The position numbers and the translations under genes were made by a program. Below the pieces are notes generated by a model. It was not told the origin of the DNA. It ran no database searches and saw only the letters and a program-made list of their open reading frames with translations. Positions 10,352-23,247 of a DNA stretch of 64,000 bases are shown piece after piece. Source of the DNA: Cladosporium halotolerans (taxonomy: Eukaryota); the NCBI RefSeq assembly GCF_011745625.1, contig NW_027191454.1, positions 558,001-622,000 of the forward strand. The letters run 5' to 3'. Position 1 is the stretch's first letter. Every line of letters starts with the position of its first letter.

Positions 10352-11686
10352 TCAGACAGCAAGCACTGACGCCTTCTCGGGCACAGTCGCTGGTCCCATC
10401 TCCCGAGCAGCATCTGCTGGCATCTCCAGTTCGGCGGTCTCGGCAGATCGCTTCTGCCCAACAACCTGCGCAGCCTCTTTGCCTTCTTGCGACCCATTCG
10501 TCTCGTTGGACTGCGCTGCGAGTTTTGCGGACTCCTTGTTAAGCTTCTTCCTTTCAGCTTTCGTAAGCTTTGGTTTCTCGAATGCGCCGATTTCAAGCGC
10601 CTCGTCTGTCTTCTTTGCCAATTCAGCAAGCTCGGGCTCTTTGCCCCATCCAAGGGCCTCGACCAGCTCTCCGTAGCTCTTGGTCCGGGTCATCGCTTTG
10701 TAAGCTGGTTGTTTCCCAGGGATCATCTGGCCGAGGAGGTATTTCGTGTTGCCCCAGCGGTTCTCTACCTCCATGGAGATCTTGACATACTCCTTGACCG
10801 CTTCTTCCCACGATGCGATGCCACCATCTGCTTCTGCGCGGAAGCATGAGGGGTTAGTCTCGGCAGCTGTCGCGATCATCGCACCGTCCACGCCGTACTC
10901 TTCCATGAGCTTGTAGGCCTCGTCGCGCGAAGTGACATCTCCATTCATCAAGCATGCGACGCCGGCTTCGTGGCAAGTGTCGGCGACAATCTTCAGTTGG
11001 GCTCTGATTGCTCGTTCGCGCGGTCGCATGGGTGTTGTTCGACAGTGAAGGGTAAGACCGGTGATACCTGTGGCGCAGAGTTGGCGGACAAGAGACTGGG
11101 TTTCCTCGGGCGTGTCTAGAAGACGGATTTTAACGCTGATTCCGATTTCGTTGGGCTCGCCAACTTCTTTTACCAGTGCGCGGAGGATTGAGCACAGCTT
11201 CTCTGGTGTTTTAAGCAAGGCCGCACCCATGCCGCCGGTGGTGCTGAAGGGCTTAGGGCATCCAGCGTTCACATCGATGCCCGCAACATACTTCGCGACA
11301 AGACTTGCGGCTTCGACAGCGGTCTCTGGGTCCGCTGTGCCGATCTGATAGATCAGGCGCTTGCCTTCTCGCTCGGGATGAAGCCGGTAGATGATGCTTT
11401 CTTTCTGGTCGGGGTTGATCAAAGGATTTTTCGAGCCGTTCGAGGAGAGCCTCGAAAAGTCCACGGTCTTCGTCTGTTCGTTGAAAGTCCTCGTGGTTCC
11501 GATCATGGCCTTGTCGATGGTTTCCGGGCCCCAGACAAGATCGGCACCGTACTTCAGCGCAATGAGGCGCGACGGGCACTCTCCAGAGCGCACCATCGGC
11601 GCGAGCACGATTTTGCCGCGGTAGTCGACGCCATTCTTGGGGATTGGGACCTGCTTCGTAATGGACCCCATGATTCTCCTAAGCAT
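10352..11686 (-). CDS. DUS2: tRNA-dihydrouridine(20) synthase (Dus2/Smm1-like)
   Basis: LAPMVRSGE, LIYQIGTA, GIDVNAGCPKPFS..GGMGAALL, SVKIR, TLHCRT and NGDV motifs of FMN-dependent Dus enzymes. The likely start is the ATG at 11686 or 11671. Confidence 0.88.
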   Translation of the reverse strand: MLRRIMGSITKQVPIPKNGVDYRGKIVLAPMVRSGECPSRLIALKYGADLVWGPETIDKAMIGTTRTFNEQTKTVDFSRLSSNGSKNPLINPDQKESIIYRLHPEREGKRLIYQIGTADPETAVEAASLVAKYVAGIDVNAGCPKPFSTTGGMGAALLKTPEKLCSILRALVKEVGEPNEIGISVKIRLLDTPEETQSLVRQLCATGITGLTLHCRTTPMRPRERAIRAQLKIVADTCHEAGVACLMNGDVTSRDEAYKLMEEYGVDGAMIATAAETNPSCFRAEADGGIASWEEAVKEYVKISMEVENRWGNTKYLLGQMIPGKQPAYKAMTRTKSYGELVEALGWGKEPELAELAKKTDEALEIGAFEKPKLTKAERKKLNKESAKLAAQSNETNGSQEGKEAAQVVGQKRSAETAELEMPADAAREMGPATVPEKASVLAV

Positions 11687-13027
11687 TACCAGGGTCTTGC
11701 AAATCACGGGGGGATGGCGGGATGCACAAAGCAGACACAATGAGCTTCGATGGTAGTCGCGTCGGCTCGAGAAACACTGTGCAGTAATCTGCTTGTAACG
11801 AAAAGAGAGTTTGGCGTGGCACGGGTCGGACTCAAAGCCTTGCGGGCGTGCAAAATGAATTTGCCCCAATCCGAAATATGAGCGTCGTCGGGTTTAGCTT
11901 GCCGTTCCAGACGTAACCCAGAACATCGGATGCGCTAAGGGGTAGACGGGTGATCCCGCTGCCTCACGCCTCAGGCATCTTGGCAGCGCGAAGGACTGCA
12001 CCGTTGCGAGGTGCAGCGACGTACAGGCAGGTCGGGCAACGCGTTATGGCGATGGGAGCGGGTGCCAGCGAGCAGAGTACAGCTCATTCTACGGCGAAAG
12101 GCTCCGCGGCGATGGAAATGTCGCATTGCGGCATGATTGAGGCGCAACGTCACGAGTCCTGCACCTAGCATACAAACTACAACACCGTGCAGACACCAGG
12201 CGTGATGTCTTCAGTCAGGCAGGGCACGTTGGCTTTGTCCGGTTTCAGTGAGTGCGTCGCTGGTTGGCCGCATTCGTGGCACGTACGACTCCCTTTCAAA
12301 CAGTGGTCAGCCGCGGAAGAAGCACACCAAGGGCGGTCGCCAGCTTCTCGGCCGCGCGCGCTTGGCCTGCCCTGCCTGGTGTATGTGCCCATCCCGGCAG
12401 CGTTCGCTTAAAATTGTCATTACGCTCGCGTGCTGAGCCTCGTCGGCGCTGACATGCGTCCATTAGCACCCAAGTTCGAGAGTCGCGCACGCGCAGTGTC
12501 GTGCCCGAGCCAAAGCGCCCGGCTCGGGGGGCCTCTCTTTGTGTCGGTGGCCATGTGCCTGGGTGTTGCCGAAGGTTCGGCGGTGCGGTAACGTTCGCGA
12601 TTTGCGTGGTCATCGGTCGGGCTGGGTCCCTGCGCTGCGCTTAGTGCACTAGCGCCGTCCCTCTTCTCTATCTCCAATACACTCGTGTTGCTGGCTCCGA
12701 GCACATCCTCCCTCTTCACTGAATCACCCTGCTGCTAGCCGGCGACGTCGCGTGCCTCTTTCGCTGTCACCCACGCGCCCCGCGCCGTCTCCCATCAGTA
12801 GCATGTGGTCGCTGCATCTATAATTTTCTGGCGTTCAGCGAATGGTTTGCCGCGACTTTCTGTCCTCGCCCTTCTCGAATCAACGATCCTCCTCCAGCCC
12901 GTCGCTCCATCTCGCGTGGACTGATCCTGTCGCCACGCTGACTCCTGCCATTTTTTACTCTTCGACTCATCGACGCGCCTCTGGCTGGAATCGGTAGCGA
13001 TTTTACATTTAGCGTGTCATCATCAAA

Positions 13028-16000
13028 ATGGCAGGGTCGCCTTCTGACGATGGTCCCGCGATCGGGCAGGCTGGCAGCGACGCAACCCCCGACGTATCAG
13101 AGTCGCATTCAACGCCACAGCCGACCACGACAGGTTCTTCGTTCCAGGCCATCAACAGATCGAATGGTAGCCAGAACGATAGTGGCCGCCAGTCTCGCGA
13201 TGTGAGCGCTCGCGCCACGCCTCAGGCGGATGGCGCACCAACAGCAAAGCAAACCACCCAGGCACCTGCCTCAAGCACACTCAAGGCATCAACGCAAGCA
13301 GAATCTACAGAAGGCACTGGCAGCTACGGCACGCGCTCACGGCGGACCGGTAAGGAACGACTCAATTACGCAGAGGACCAGGACGCCGACTTCGACTTCA
13401 CGTCTGCCGCCACGACGACGTCCTACAAAAAGAACGCATCTTCTGCTGCAAATGCGCAGGGCAGTACTGATGCGAAGCGCGCAAAGGAGTCTGTCGCCAC
13501 CAACGGCGCCCATTCCAGCGCAAATAACCAGACCACAGCCAAGGATTCCGCTCCGGGCGCCCCGTCCAGCGGCAGCACCACAAACCCGAAGAAGCGGAAA
13601 GCCGCTGGCACGGCTACACCGACGGGCCAGACGTCAACGCCTCCGGTGAGCGCCGCGCTCGCCACGGCCAACATGCGCAAACAAGCACCTTCGGCCATGG
13701 CGCGCGAGACGAACATGTTGTCGTTTTCGCGGACGAAAGCATGCCTGAACAAAAAGGGCGAGCTCGTCGCGGATGACGGCACGAAATTAAACGTCAACGG
13801 TAAGCGGACGCCGACACATCCCTTTCTGCGAAGCGCGCGATCTTCGCAGAGGTCGCAAGACTTTACCCCGCATTGGGTCTGGCTGGCTTCACTCTGAAAG
13901 GATGCCTTAGGCTAACATGATATGTCTCTAGATCACGTGTACCTCGTTTGCGAACCGCCCGGAGAGCCTTACTACCTCTGTCGCATCATGGAATTCTTGC
14001 ACACAAATTCTGAGGACCGAAATTCCCCTGTCGACTCCCTCCGTGTAAACTGGTACTACCGCCCTCGAGATGTACAGCGCTTCAACAGCGACAGCCGCCT
14101 TGTCTATGCGACAATGCACTCGGACATGTGCCCACTCACGTCTGTCCGTGGCTTGTGTACAATTAAACACCGCTCTGAGATCGACGACTTGGAGCTCTAT
14201 CGCAAGGAAAGGGATACATTTTACTTCGTCCAAGTCTTCGACCGCTTCATCCGCCGCTGGTACGAATGCATTCCAACCTCTCAAATCATCAACGTGCCGG
14301 AAAAGGTCAAGAAGGCCCTCGACGAGCGCTGGAAATTCGTCGCAGTCGAAATCGGCAGGGTCAAAGAGCTCACCAGCGCCGTCAAGACATGCAAACGCTG
14401 CGCGAGATATTGCGCGGCGAATGAATCGGTCGACTGTGCTATATGCAAATTCTCATATCACATGAACTGCGTGCAGCCGCCATTACCGAAGAAACCATCT
14501 CGCGGATTCGCCTGGGCTTGTGCTCCTTGCAGTAGAGCTTCAGAGCGCAAAATCGAAGCCCAACTGACGCCATCCATCAGCGGCGACGTTACTGAGGCTG
14601 AAGCTGAGGAGGAAGAAGTTGCACCTGCGGAGGAAGCGCTGCCCCCGGTTTCGAATGACACCACCAGAGCCCCCAGCCCGAGCGAGTCAGACATAATAAT
14701 CGACGATCACCCGGCCACGCAAGCAGAAATCGCGTTGGCTCAGATGTGGCCTATGCGATATCTCGGAATCCACTGCCGAGTCGAGGATGCATTACAGTAC
14801 GATGACCGCGCCATTTACCCAAGAGCCAGCTCGCGTCTGGGTCCGCGACACCAGGCCAATGTCAACGTGTGGCATGGTCGCCCTGTAGAGCTTGTCAAGA
14901 CGGCCGAGATCAAGAAGCGGTACATGAAGGGTGGTAATAAAAAGGAAGGCAAGCTTTCAAAAGAAACTGTTGCCGCCATCGAGGCCGACCGTGCAGAAAA
15001 GGCCAAGAGGCCTAAATGGGTGCAGGACGAGCCTGTTGGCTATGTCGCGCGTGGCGAGGACTACCCGGAAGATGATCCCCGCTGTACAGCCAAGCTCATG
15101 TTCAAGCTGCCAGAGGAGCCGGACAAGGCTGCCAAAGCCGAGCGAGCCCTCGATCAGTATCTCCCTCAGGCAAAACCATTGGCGAAGAAAATCGGAGTTC
15201 CCCCATTTGGCACCAACTTTCTCGACAAAGCCATGGAGCTCTTTACCAAGACTGGCTACAACACAGACGTTGCGCTCGAAAAGCTTTCCAGGGTCAACCG
15301 TGTCAAGGATCTCCACGAACCTGTGCTGAGCAAGGCCGACTTGGTGAAGTTCGAGGAAGGAGTGGCAAAATACGGTTCCGAGCATCGCCTTGTGCGCCTG
15401 CACATGAAGACTTCGCTACCCAACTCGGACATTGTGCGCTTTTATTACCTTTGGAAGAAGACGCCCAGAGGACGGGAAATCTGGGGTGGCTATCCAGGAC
15501 GCAAGGGCAAAAAGCGACCCGACAACGACACAGCAGCGCGCTTGCACGAAGAAGTCGCCCACGATGCAGATGACTCGGCTTTCGACAACGATAAGGCGGC
15601 AAAGCGAAAGCGTAATTTCCAGTGCAAGTTCTGCGAAACCACACACGCGAGGCAATGGAGGCGAGCTCCGGGCGCTGCTTCTGGTCAAACCGTCATGGTC
15701 GAAGTCAAAGGTGGGCCGAAGGAGAAGCGAGAGCGGATGTTGGTGGCGTTGTGCTTCAGATGCGCCAATCTATGGCGCAAGTACGCGATCCAATACGAGG
15801 ACGTCGACGAAGTCGCGAAGAAGGTGTCTTCAGGCGCCGGTCGAGCCTGGAAGCGCAGGGTTGACGAAGAGCTGCTTCGCGAACTCATCGCAGCGAATGA
15901 AGCTGCCGCTCAGTTCGCGCCAGTGGAGCCATCCGTATCTGGTGCAGATGAACCGCCGAAGAAAAAATCGAAGAACGACGCATCTGGAACACCTCCGGTC

Positions 16001-18406
16001 GTGGAAACAGGGAGGAAGAAAGAGAAGCAGCCTCCCGCGCCGAAGCCCCCTACACCTCCACCGGCTCCGATCATACCAGTTCAGCCCACTTGGAAACCCT
16101 TGCCGTGCGCAGTATGTCACACCGGCAACGACACCATCGCATGTGCGCAGTGCCTGTTGACAGTGCATCGGGGCTGCTTCGGTCTAAGTGAAAATCAGGG
16201 CCCCAACTGGGTTTGCGAGCAGTGCCAGAATGATCGCAATCCCCAGGTGTCTACTGATTATTCTTGCTGCTTGTGCTTGACTGAGGAAACTTTGGTTGAT
16301 CTCGTTGAGATGCCGAAGTCAACCCACAAAAAGAAGACCGATAGAGATCGCGAAAAGGAACGTATGGAGAAGGAGCTGGCCGACAACATGCGCACCGAAT
16401 ATACGCAAAGACAGCTCGCGCAGCATCGCCCTATACTCCCGAGAGAGCCCCTCAAGCCGACGACAGGTAACAACTGGGTCCATGTCTATTGCGCCGTCTT
16501 CACACCAGAGATACGTTTCAGCAACTCTCAAGCGCTTCAAGTCGCTGAAGGTTTCCAAATGATTCCGTCTGCCAGGTACGAAGCTGTCTGCAAGCTTTGC
16601 AAGAACCGCGACCATCAGAACAAGTTGCGAAACGACAAAGGCGCTTGCGTCAACTGCTACCACTGCAACGCAAGCTTTCACGTGTCGTGTGCATTTGAAG
16701 CCGGCTATCAGTTCGGTTTCGATGTCACGCCTGTGAAGGCTTCGCGGAAGGATCAGATAGTCACCGCGAACCTGAATGGAGAATCTGGTGCCTTGACAGC
16801 AGCGATATGGTGCAAGGAGCACGCTGTGAAGACGATCGTTCACCCCATCCAGGAGATCGCAGATGAGAGTGGCAAGACTGCGCTTCAGATCTACGCGGGG
16901 CTCTACAAGCAAGCCGACCTCACATTGACTGGTACTGTGCGCAAGGCTGATCAAGTTCAACTTACTAAGAATAAGGGCCAACACGTCAGTCAAGCAAATG
17001 CTGCGAGCAGGCGCGAATCCACAGCAACCAACGCCACTGTTGGTGCGCGCAGAGGTGCAAGAGCGTCGACAATCGCCGATAGCAAAATGGAAGATGCCGA
17101 TGGTGCGACGGATGCCTCGAGCTTGCGTGAGGGATCAGCTGCTCCAGAGAAGCGCTGCGCAAAGTGTGGAATTGATGTCACTCCTAAATGGCATCTCAAG
17201 CCTAAGGATGGTGCTATCGGCGGTGCCGCTTCACCCAAGGCGGACGATAAGCGCATGTCTATGACATTGGGCGAGATTGCAGACCAAAAGCGCGACCAGT
17301 CTGCAGACTCCAATGGATCTGGGATGAACGGTCTCCACACATCTGACGCTTCGAGACCCCAGCAGAACATTCGCTTCATGGCGCCGGGCGCAAACGGGCG
17401 AGCCTGGGACGGCATGCCCGAGCGCAACGCACCTAGGCTGTCGGAAGCTGACGGTATTCCTGGAAATTCGGCAATGCCTGGTGATGCGGCGATGAACGGA
17501 GAGCAGCGAGGAGCTATCACATCAGGCCCTGTGAACGGTATTGGGGCTGGCAACCACACAGCGGCGGCCAACAAGGCTTCACAGGAGTACTTGTGCCACA
17601 GGTGTTTCGTCAAGAGGAAGCTGGATCCAACTCCACCTCCTGCATCTCCTCCGCCTCGTCGCGAGCTGTCTCCTCCCAAGTCATATCCCCTCCAGTTGGA
17701 TTGGAATGGTCAGAACTCTGCACAGCGGCCACCGCCGCCCACGCCGTGGGACGACCAAGCGAGAGCGGCTCAACCGCCTCCGATGCCTCATGGGCCTCCT
17801 GCAATGGGCGCCATGGGGCCTTCGCCAGGTTTCATGCATCAGCCTCCGCCGCCACCGCATCAGGCCCATGGCTTCCCACCCACTTACCACCATCCGCCCA
17901 ACGGATACCCCGGACCACCTCCTCCTCCCCATGGCAGCTATGGAGCATATCCGCCTCACCAACCACCACCCAACGCGGCCCCGTTCCATCCTAGCCACCG
18001 GCCTCCGCCTATGAATGGATTCCCACCGCCAGGCCAGCCAATGTCCAACGGCATTGGCTCTCCGCACGCGTCGCACATGGGCTTCACGCCGCCCGGAGCT
18101 CCGCACCCGCAGTATGGAGCACGACGGACAGAATCACCATTCTCTACGCAGCTCCCTCCGCTCGGTGGACAGCTGTACGGTGGATCGGGCGCGCACTTCC
18201 CGCACCCTGAGGCGCAACAGCAGCCGCAGCCGCCGCCGCCGAACACTTCGGCCCCGGTCCAGCCGAGCCCTCAAACGGCTCACGCCAGGGTTGAGAGCCA
18301 GAGTGGTCAACCTGGAACACCACATGAAGGCCGTGGCAACGGGACTCCAGCGGCCGGCCCAGGCGGCGCGAGTGCGAGTCCGAGTGTGAAGAACTTGCTT
18401 TCGTGA
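13028..18406 (+). CDS. SNT2: Snt2-like chromatin protein / E3 ligase (BAH, PHD, ELM2, SANT, GATA-like Zn, PHD, ePHD); exons 13028-13799 and 13932-18406
   Basis: Intron 13800-13931 (GTAAGC..GCTAAC..TAG) gives LNVN|DHVYLVCEPPGEPYY (BAH). Also PHD CKRC..CAIC..YHMNC..WACAPC, ELM2 SRLGPRHQA, SANT FEEGVAKYG..VRFYYLWKK and further PHD fingers. Confidence 0.92.
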
Positions 18407-18926
18407 GCGAGGTCTGCGGATACGAAGATCAAAGAGATGAAGAGAAAAGTGTCGGATGATGTATTAGTAGGACTAGACGACCCGAGAGCTATAGCTGTGT
18501 GTATGATGGTGATATCAATTCAATCAGCAATTTTAATTTCACACCACCTTCCCAATGCTGTCGTGGGGTGCCATCGATTCAATTCATGGTTGTCACTACT
18601 AGTGAGACGCCCACAGAGGGCGGTTTGAACATCGCTGCGCATCTCCAATGATTTTTATGCGCTCCATCATTACACTTCACTTTCACATTGCTTGACACTC
18701 GCAAATCGATCCCTAAGTGAATTCGCACCGGCGCCCTCGACTTCCATCAACCGAGCCACAAACCCCATTCCAGCTGGCCAAGGCCCGCCCGCGCCCCACG
18801 CCCCTTCGCGCCGCAGCCCGCCAGCCCGCCGGAGCCCTCACGCATTCACTTTTGACATCGCAACTACATCTGGCACGCGGCATCGCGGACCACCGAACAC
18901 AAGCGTGCAACGCTCGCCCGCCGCAA

Positions 18927-20565
18927 ATGGGCAAGGCCTACAACCAGGACCAGCGCGACCGCGTCAAGCTGCTACTCGAGGCCGGCCGCGATGAGGACAC
19001 CATCGAGAAGGAGACGGGCGTCTCCGACCGCACCATCCGCCGCTGGAAGATGGAGCTCGAGCGCACCGGCCGCATCGGCAAGCCGCCGGAGAGCAGGACG
19101 GGCAGGCATCGGGTGCTGAATGCGGAGGTTGAGAATGTGAGTTTTTGCGCAGGGTATTGGTGGGGAGATGGGCGCGAGCTGACGCGATCGCTTCTAGGCA
19201 CTTTGCGAACATGTCAAGGACAAGCCGGAGATGTCGGTCGACGATATGCTCTGGTGGCTGTACGACACCTACAAGATCGTTGTCGGCACGCGCACGATTC
19301 GCCGGGTTTTCGAGCGCAAGGGCGAGGCGGGCAATAGGTTTAAGAAGGGCAAGCCGGGCGCTGCTGCGACGGATGGCGCGAACAATGCGCCGGACCCTGC
19401 GATCACTCCATCGCCAATGGCGCCGGCGGTGACTGCTGCGGAGGAGCAACAGTACAACAGTCCGTATGCACCGATGGCGGATATGACGCCCCAGCAGAAT
19501 CAGGCCGAGTTGCAGCTTGCGCAGGCGCTTACGAATGCGAATTACCCGCCTCCTCCGCCCGCGCCTTTGGAGATGCCGGTGCAAGAAGAATCGGATGACG
19601 GAGATGACGAGGAGACGCTGCAGCTACAGCTCAAGCAGATTGAGCTGCAGAGGAAGGAGGTGGAACTGAAGCTGAAGATGCGACGGTTGAAGAAAGGCAA
19701 GGACCCGAACACGCCAGAATCAGGGCGCAAGCCTTCCGTTCCCTTCAACGAGACGAGTTCTCTATACAAGCCCGAGGCGCATCTTGGGAACGAACCGCCG
19801 AAGCGCGATTCGCGCAGCAAGAAGAAAATCGAAGAGTCCAAGCGTAGGACTGCCGAACGACAAGAGCGCATGCTGCGCGATCTGGAGCGCCGCAGTAGGC
19901 GTCGCGAGCACCTTACAGCGGAGTGGGTGCAGAGCAAAGACATATGGCCGCTTCGCGCGCAAGGTGTTTTGGCAGAGCTCATGCATCAGTACATCTATTA
20001 CACGTTCAACCAGAACAGCATTGAAACGTTTGAAGCTATGTATCGCGACCTTTATCAGCTCGTCGATCTCGGCAAAGGCGACTGGGACCCTAGCATCCAC
20101 GATGAGATGCTGCGCGAACGCATGAAACGGAAAATGGGCCAACTGCGCTCCAAGATGCAGAAGACCGGCGAGATCATTGGGCGTGGCGATGGCTACGGCG
20201 GGTGGCAGAAAGCCGACGACTACACTGGCGAGCAAGCGGGCAACATACTCGGGGGAGACGATACACACGACCTCCACGACGACGGGATGGATCCCCATCA
20301 CGACCCTGCGATGCAGGTGGCGCAAGCGAGCATCCAGGCGCAAGCAGGCGCGCAACGGCAAGTGCCGTCAGCGGAAGAACAAATGCATTACGAGCCTGTA
20401 CCAGATCCCCAAATGGGCGCCCAGCATGGCCAGCCGATTTATGGCAACCCTCCGATGATGCATCACCAGCAGGCCCCGCCTTATCCCATGATGGATGACC
20501 ACCATGCGGCGATGCTACCGTACGGCCAGCTCCCACCCGGTCATGAGAATGGTATGGTGATGTGA
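18927..20565 (+). CDS. ~525-aa protein with an N-terminal IS630/Tc1-transposase-like bipartite HTH domain, a coiled coil and Q/P-rich tails; exons 18927-19136 and 19198-20565
   Basis: Intron 19137-19197 (GTGAGT..GCTGAC..TAG, phase 0) joins MGKAYNQDQRDRVKLLLEAG..IEKETGVSDRTIRRWK..TGRHRVLNAEVEN|ALCEHVKDKPEMSVDDMLWWLYDTYKIVVGTRTIRRVF in frame with the 444-aa ORF at 19231. Confidence 0.8.
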
Positions 20566-21106
20566 GGTCTTGTGGCGGTGTGGGCGGATATTGATCTTGG
20601 TCCGGGCTTTTGCACGGTTGTCTGTTACTCGCGTGATACCACTTGCTTTCCGCGTTACTCCGATGTATTGGAATTACTTTTTTCTCAGGCGTCCATCCTA
20701 GGTACCTAGGACGTCTGCAGTCACTCGACGCCTCTATCTGCCCGCTCCTCCTTCCATTTCCCTCCGTCACACGCACCTGGGCAATCTCCACGAGCTTTCC
20801 GTCCCAGCCACAATGCATGGCCTGACGCGTGGCTCAGTGCAAGAAACCTGATTGTGGCATCTGCGCCCAGAAGCTTTAACCGACCCCCCTGTCGCTCTCG
20901 TTCCTCACTACTTGCTCGGTGACGTAGCCAGCCCTGCAGCCTTGCGACAGGATCACCCCACGCGCGAGCCCAGACTTCGACCCCACCAACCGCGATACCC
21001 GGCGGGGCGCGCACCTGCCGCTGGAAGCCAGACGGGCCACAAGCACGCAGGCAAGCAACCGTGCCGCCGCGGGATCGTCCCTTGCTCATCCCTAGAAACT
21101 CAGATC

Positions 21107-22850
21107 ATGGACGCGCCGCACTCGAGCAGCACGTCCAGCGATCCGCTCGCGCTCCCGCCGCCTGAGGTTCTCGCGGAGATTGCGCGCAAGCAAGATGCGC
21201 GGGCCGCGGAGCTGCGCGCGGCGAGGGCAGAGCTGCGGCGGCAGTCGAAAGAGGTCGCCGGCTTCAGCGAGGAGCAGAAACATGCCGCCGTGTTGATCCA
21301 GAAGAACTACCGCGGGCACAGGACGAGGAGGGCCATGCAGGGCTTTTCCATGGATCCGAGCGTGCGGTGGATCGAAGTAAGAGCTTGCCGTTGCGACGAT
21401 TTGGTGGGGAGACGTGTGCTGACGACGGTGTGATAGGCGCTGAAAGAAGGTACCGAGATGGTGTAGATCAGGTCTCCGAGGGGTGTAGCTAACACGAGCC
21501 ACAGCTCAGTATAACAATGCCACCGCGCCCAGGTCGCGCAACGATCGTCGCCATCCCAGCTTGTCCTCTCCCTCTGCGACTCCTGCTCGCGAACGCTGGA
21601 AGCGTGCTACTGCGGTTGCGCACAGGGCGGGGAGCGACGATACTTCTGAGAGCGAACATGACGGCGACACAAAGGAGGACAAAGCGCTGGCGCGCGAGCG
21701 GAAGGCACGGGAGAAGAGGCGAAGGGAGAAGTACGCAAAGACGATGGGTCTGGACTACTTCCTGGAAATGGTAGATCACAAGCACAGATATGGGAGCAAC
21801 TTGCGGCGGTATCATAAGGAGTGGAAGCAGTCAGATACGCACGAGAACTTCTTCTACTGGCTTGACTATGGCGAAGGGAAAGACATCGATCTACCCGACA
21901 GACCACGCAAACGCCTGGATACTGAACTGGTTCGCTACCTCTCTCGCGAGGAGCGACAGAAGTACCTCATTCATATCGACAATACCGGTCGTTTTGTCTT
22001 CTCTAAAAACGGCGTACCCGTTACCACCGCTCCAGAGTTTAAAGACAGCATTGACGGCATAGTACCATTCGACGACCCCACGCCCACCTGGCGCGAAGTC
22101 ACAACAGGAGTAAAAGATCCTCCTCCCCACCCAGCCGACTCGGACTCCGATTCCGCCTCGCTCTCTTCCCTCTCTTCCATAGGCACTGGCGCGCAGGAGG
22201 ACTCTTCAAAATACACCAACGACGAGCTGCACGACGCCAAAGGCCTCGCCAAACTCAACCACCTCAGCACCAACAGCCTAATGAACCACCTCCTCCGCAA
22301 GACGACCAAGAAGAACACCTGGATCTTCGTCGCCGACACCAGCATGCGCATGTACCTCGGCATCAAGCAGTCCGGCGCCTTCCAGCACTCCTCCTTCCTG
22401 CACGGCGCCCGCGTCGCAGCCGCGGGCCTCATCAAGATCAAGCGCGGCCAGCTGCGCAAGCTCTCGCCGCTGTCCGGCCACTACGCGCCGCCCGTGCGCA
22501 ACTTCCGCGAGTTCGTGCGCAGTCTCAAAGAAGCCGGAGCCGACATGAGCCGCTGCTCGATCTCGCGCTCGTACGCCGTCATCCTGGGGCTGGAGAGCTA
22601 CATCCGGACGAAGAACCAGGCCAAGAAGGCTGAGCGCGGCGTCATAGAGCTCGTCAACCCGGACGAGAAGCGCAGGCGCGAGCAGAAGGAGTTCGACAAC
22701 AGCGAGAGCGCGGCGAAGGAGCGCGAGGTGCTGAGGCTGGAGGAGGAGAGGCGGAAGAGCGAGAACGGAGTCGGTGCTAGGGTTCGGCGGGGGTTTTCGA
22801 CGAGCTTACCTTATCGGGCGAGGAGTGGGAAGCACGAGGAGCCTGTTTGA
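21107..22850 (+). CDS. IQ calmodulin-binding motif protein of the IQM type; exons 21107-21376, 21437-21449 and 21505-22850
   Basis: IQ motif AAVLIQKNYRGHRTRR. IQM-family motifs YFLEMVDHKHRYGSNL..YH..W, FFYWLDYGEGK, WIFV, FQHSSFLHG..AAG and SGHYAP. Two GT-AG introns with branch points keep the frame. Confidence 0.82.
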
Positions 22851-23247
22851 TTGGTGGTGTGCGGAACCTGTGGTTGGGCGCGTTGGCCTGGGAATTGTTG
22901 CAGCCTTTTTCTTTGCGATGATACCTATCATGCGATCACGTGCCTACGGCTTGCTTCTTGTGAATATGATTGAACGAGATATTAAGGTCACCGTCTTGTG
23001 TGTCAACTGCTTATAATGAGTATACCTTTCAAGGTGTCAGTTGTCGACTGTGACGGAGATCGGTCTGATCGTAGTGTCAACCAGACATGGACGTCGGATT
23101 CGATCGGATCACGTTCTAAAGGCAACAGTGAGATGCAAGTCGACACACACATTTCATTCACCCAGGGCTTTGATATCGGTACCCCCAGCTCCTTTTTTGT
23201 CACCTTATGTTTCAATGTACCACAAGGGAGTGAGAAAAGTCAAGGAA

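Noticed and set aside
18700..20700. Active Tc1/mariner transposon
   Set aside because: No DDE catalytic domain and no terminal inverted repeats seen; reported instead as a candidate domesticated gene.
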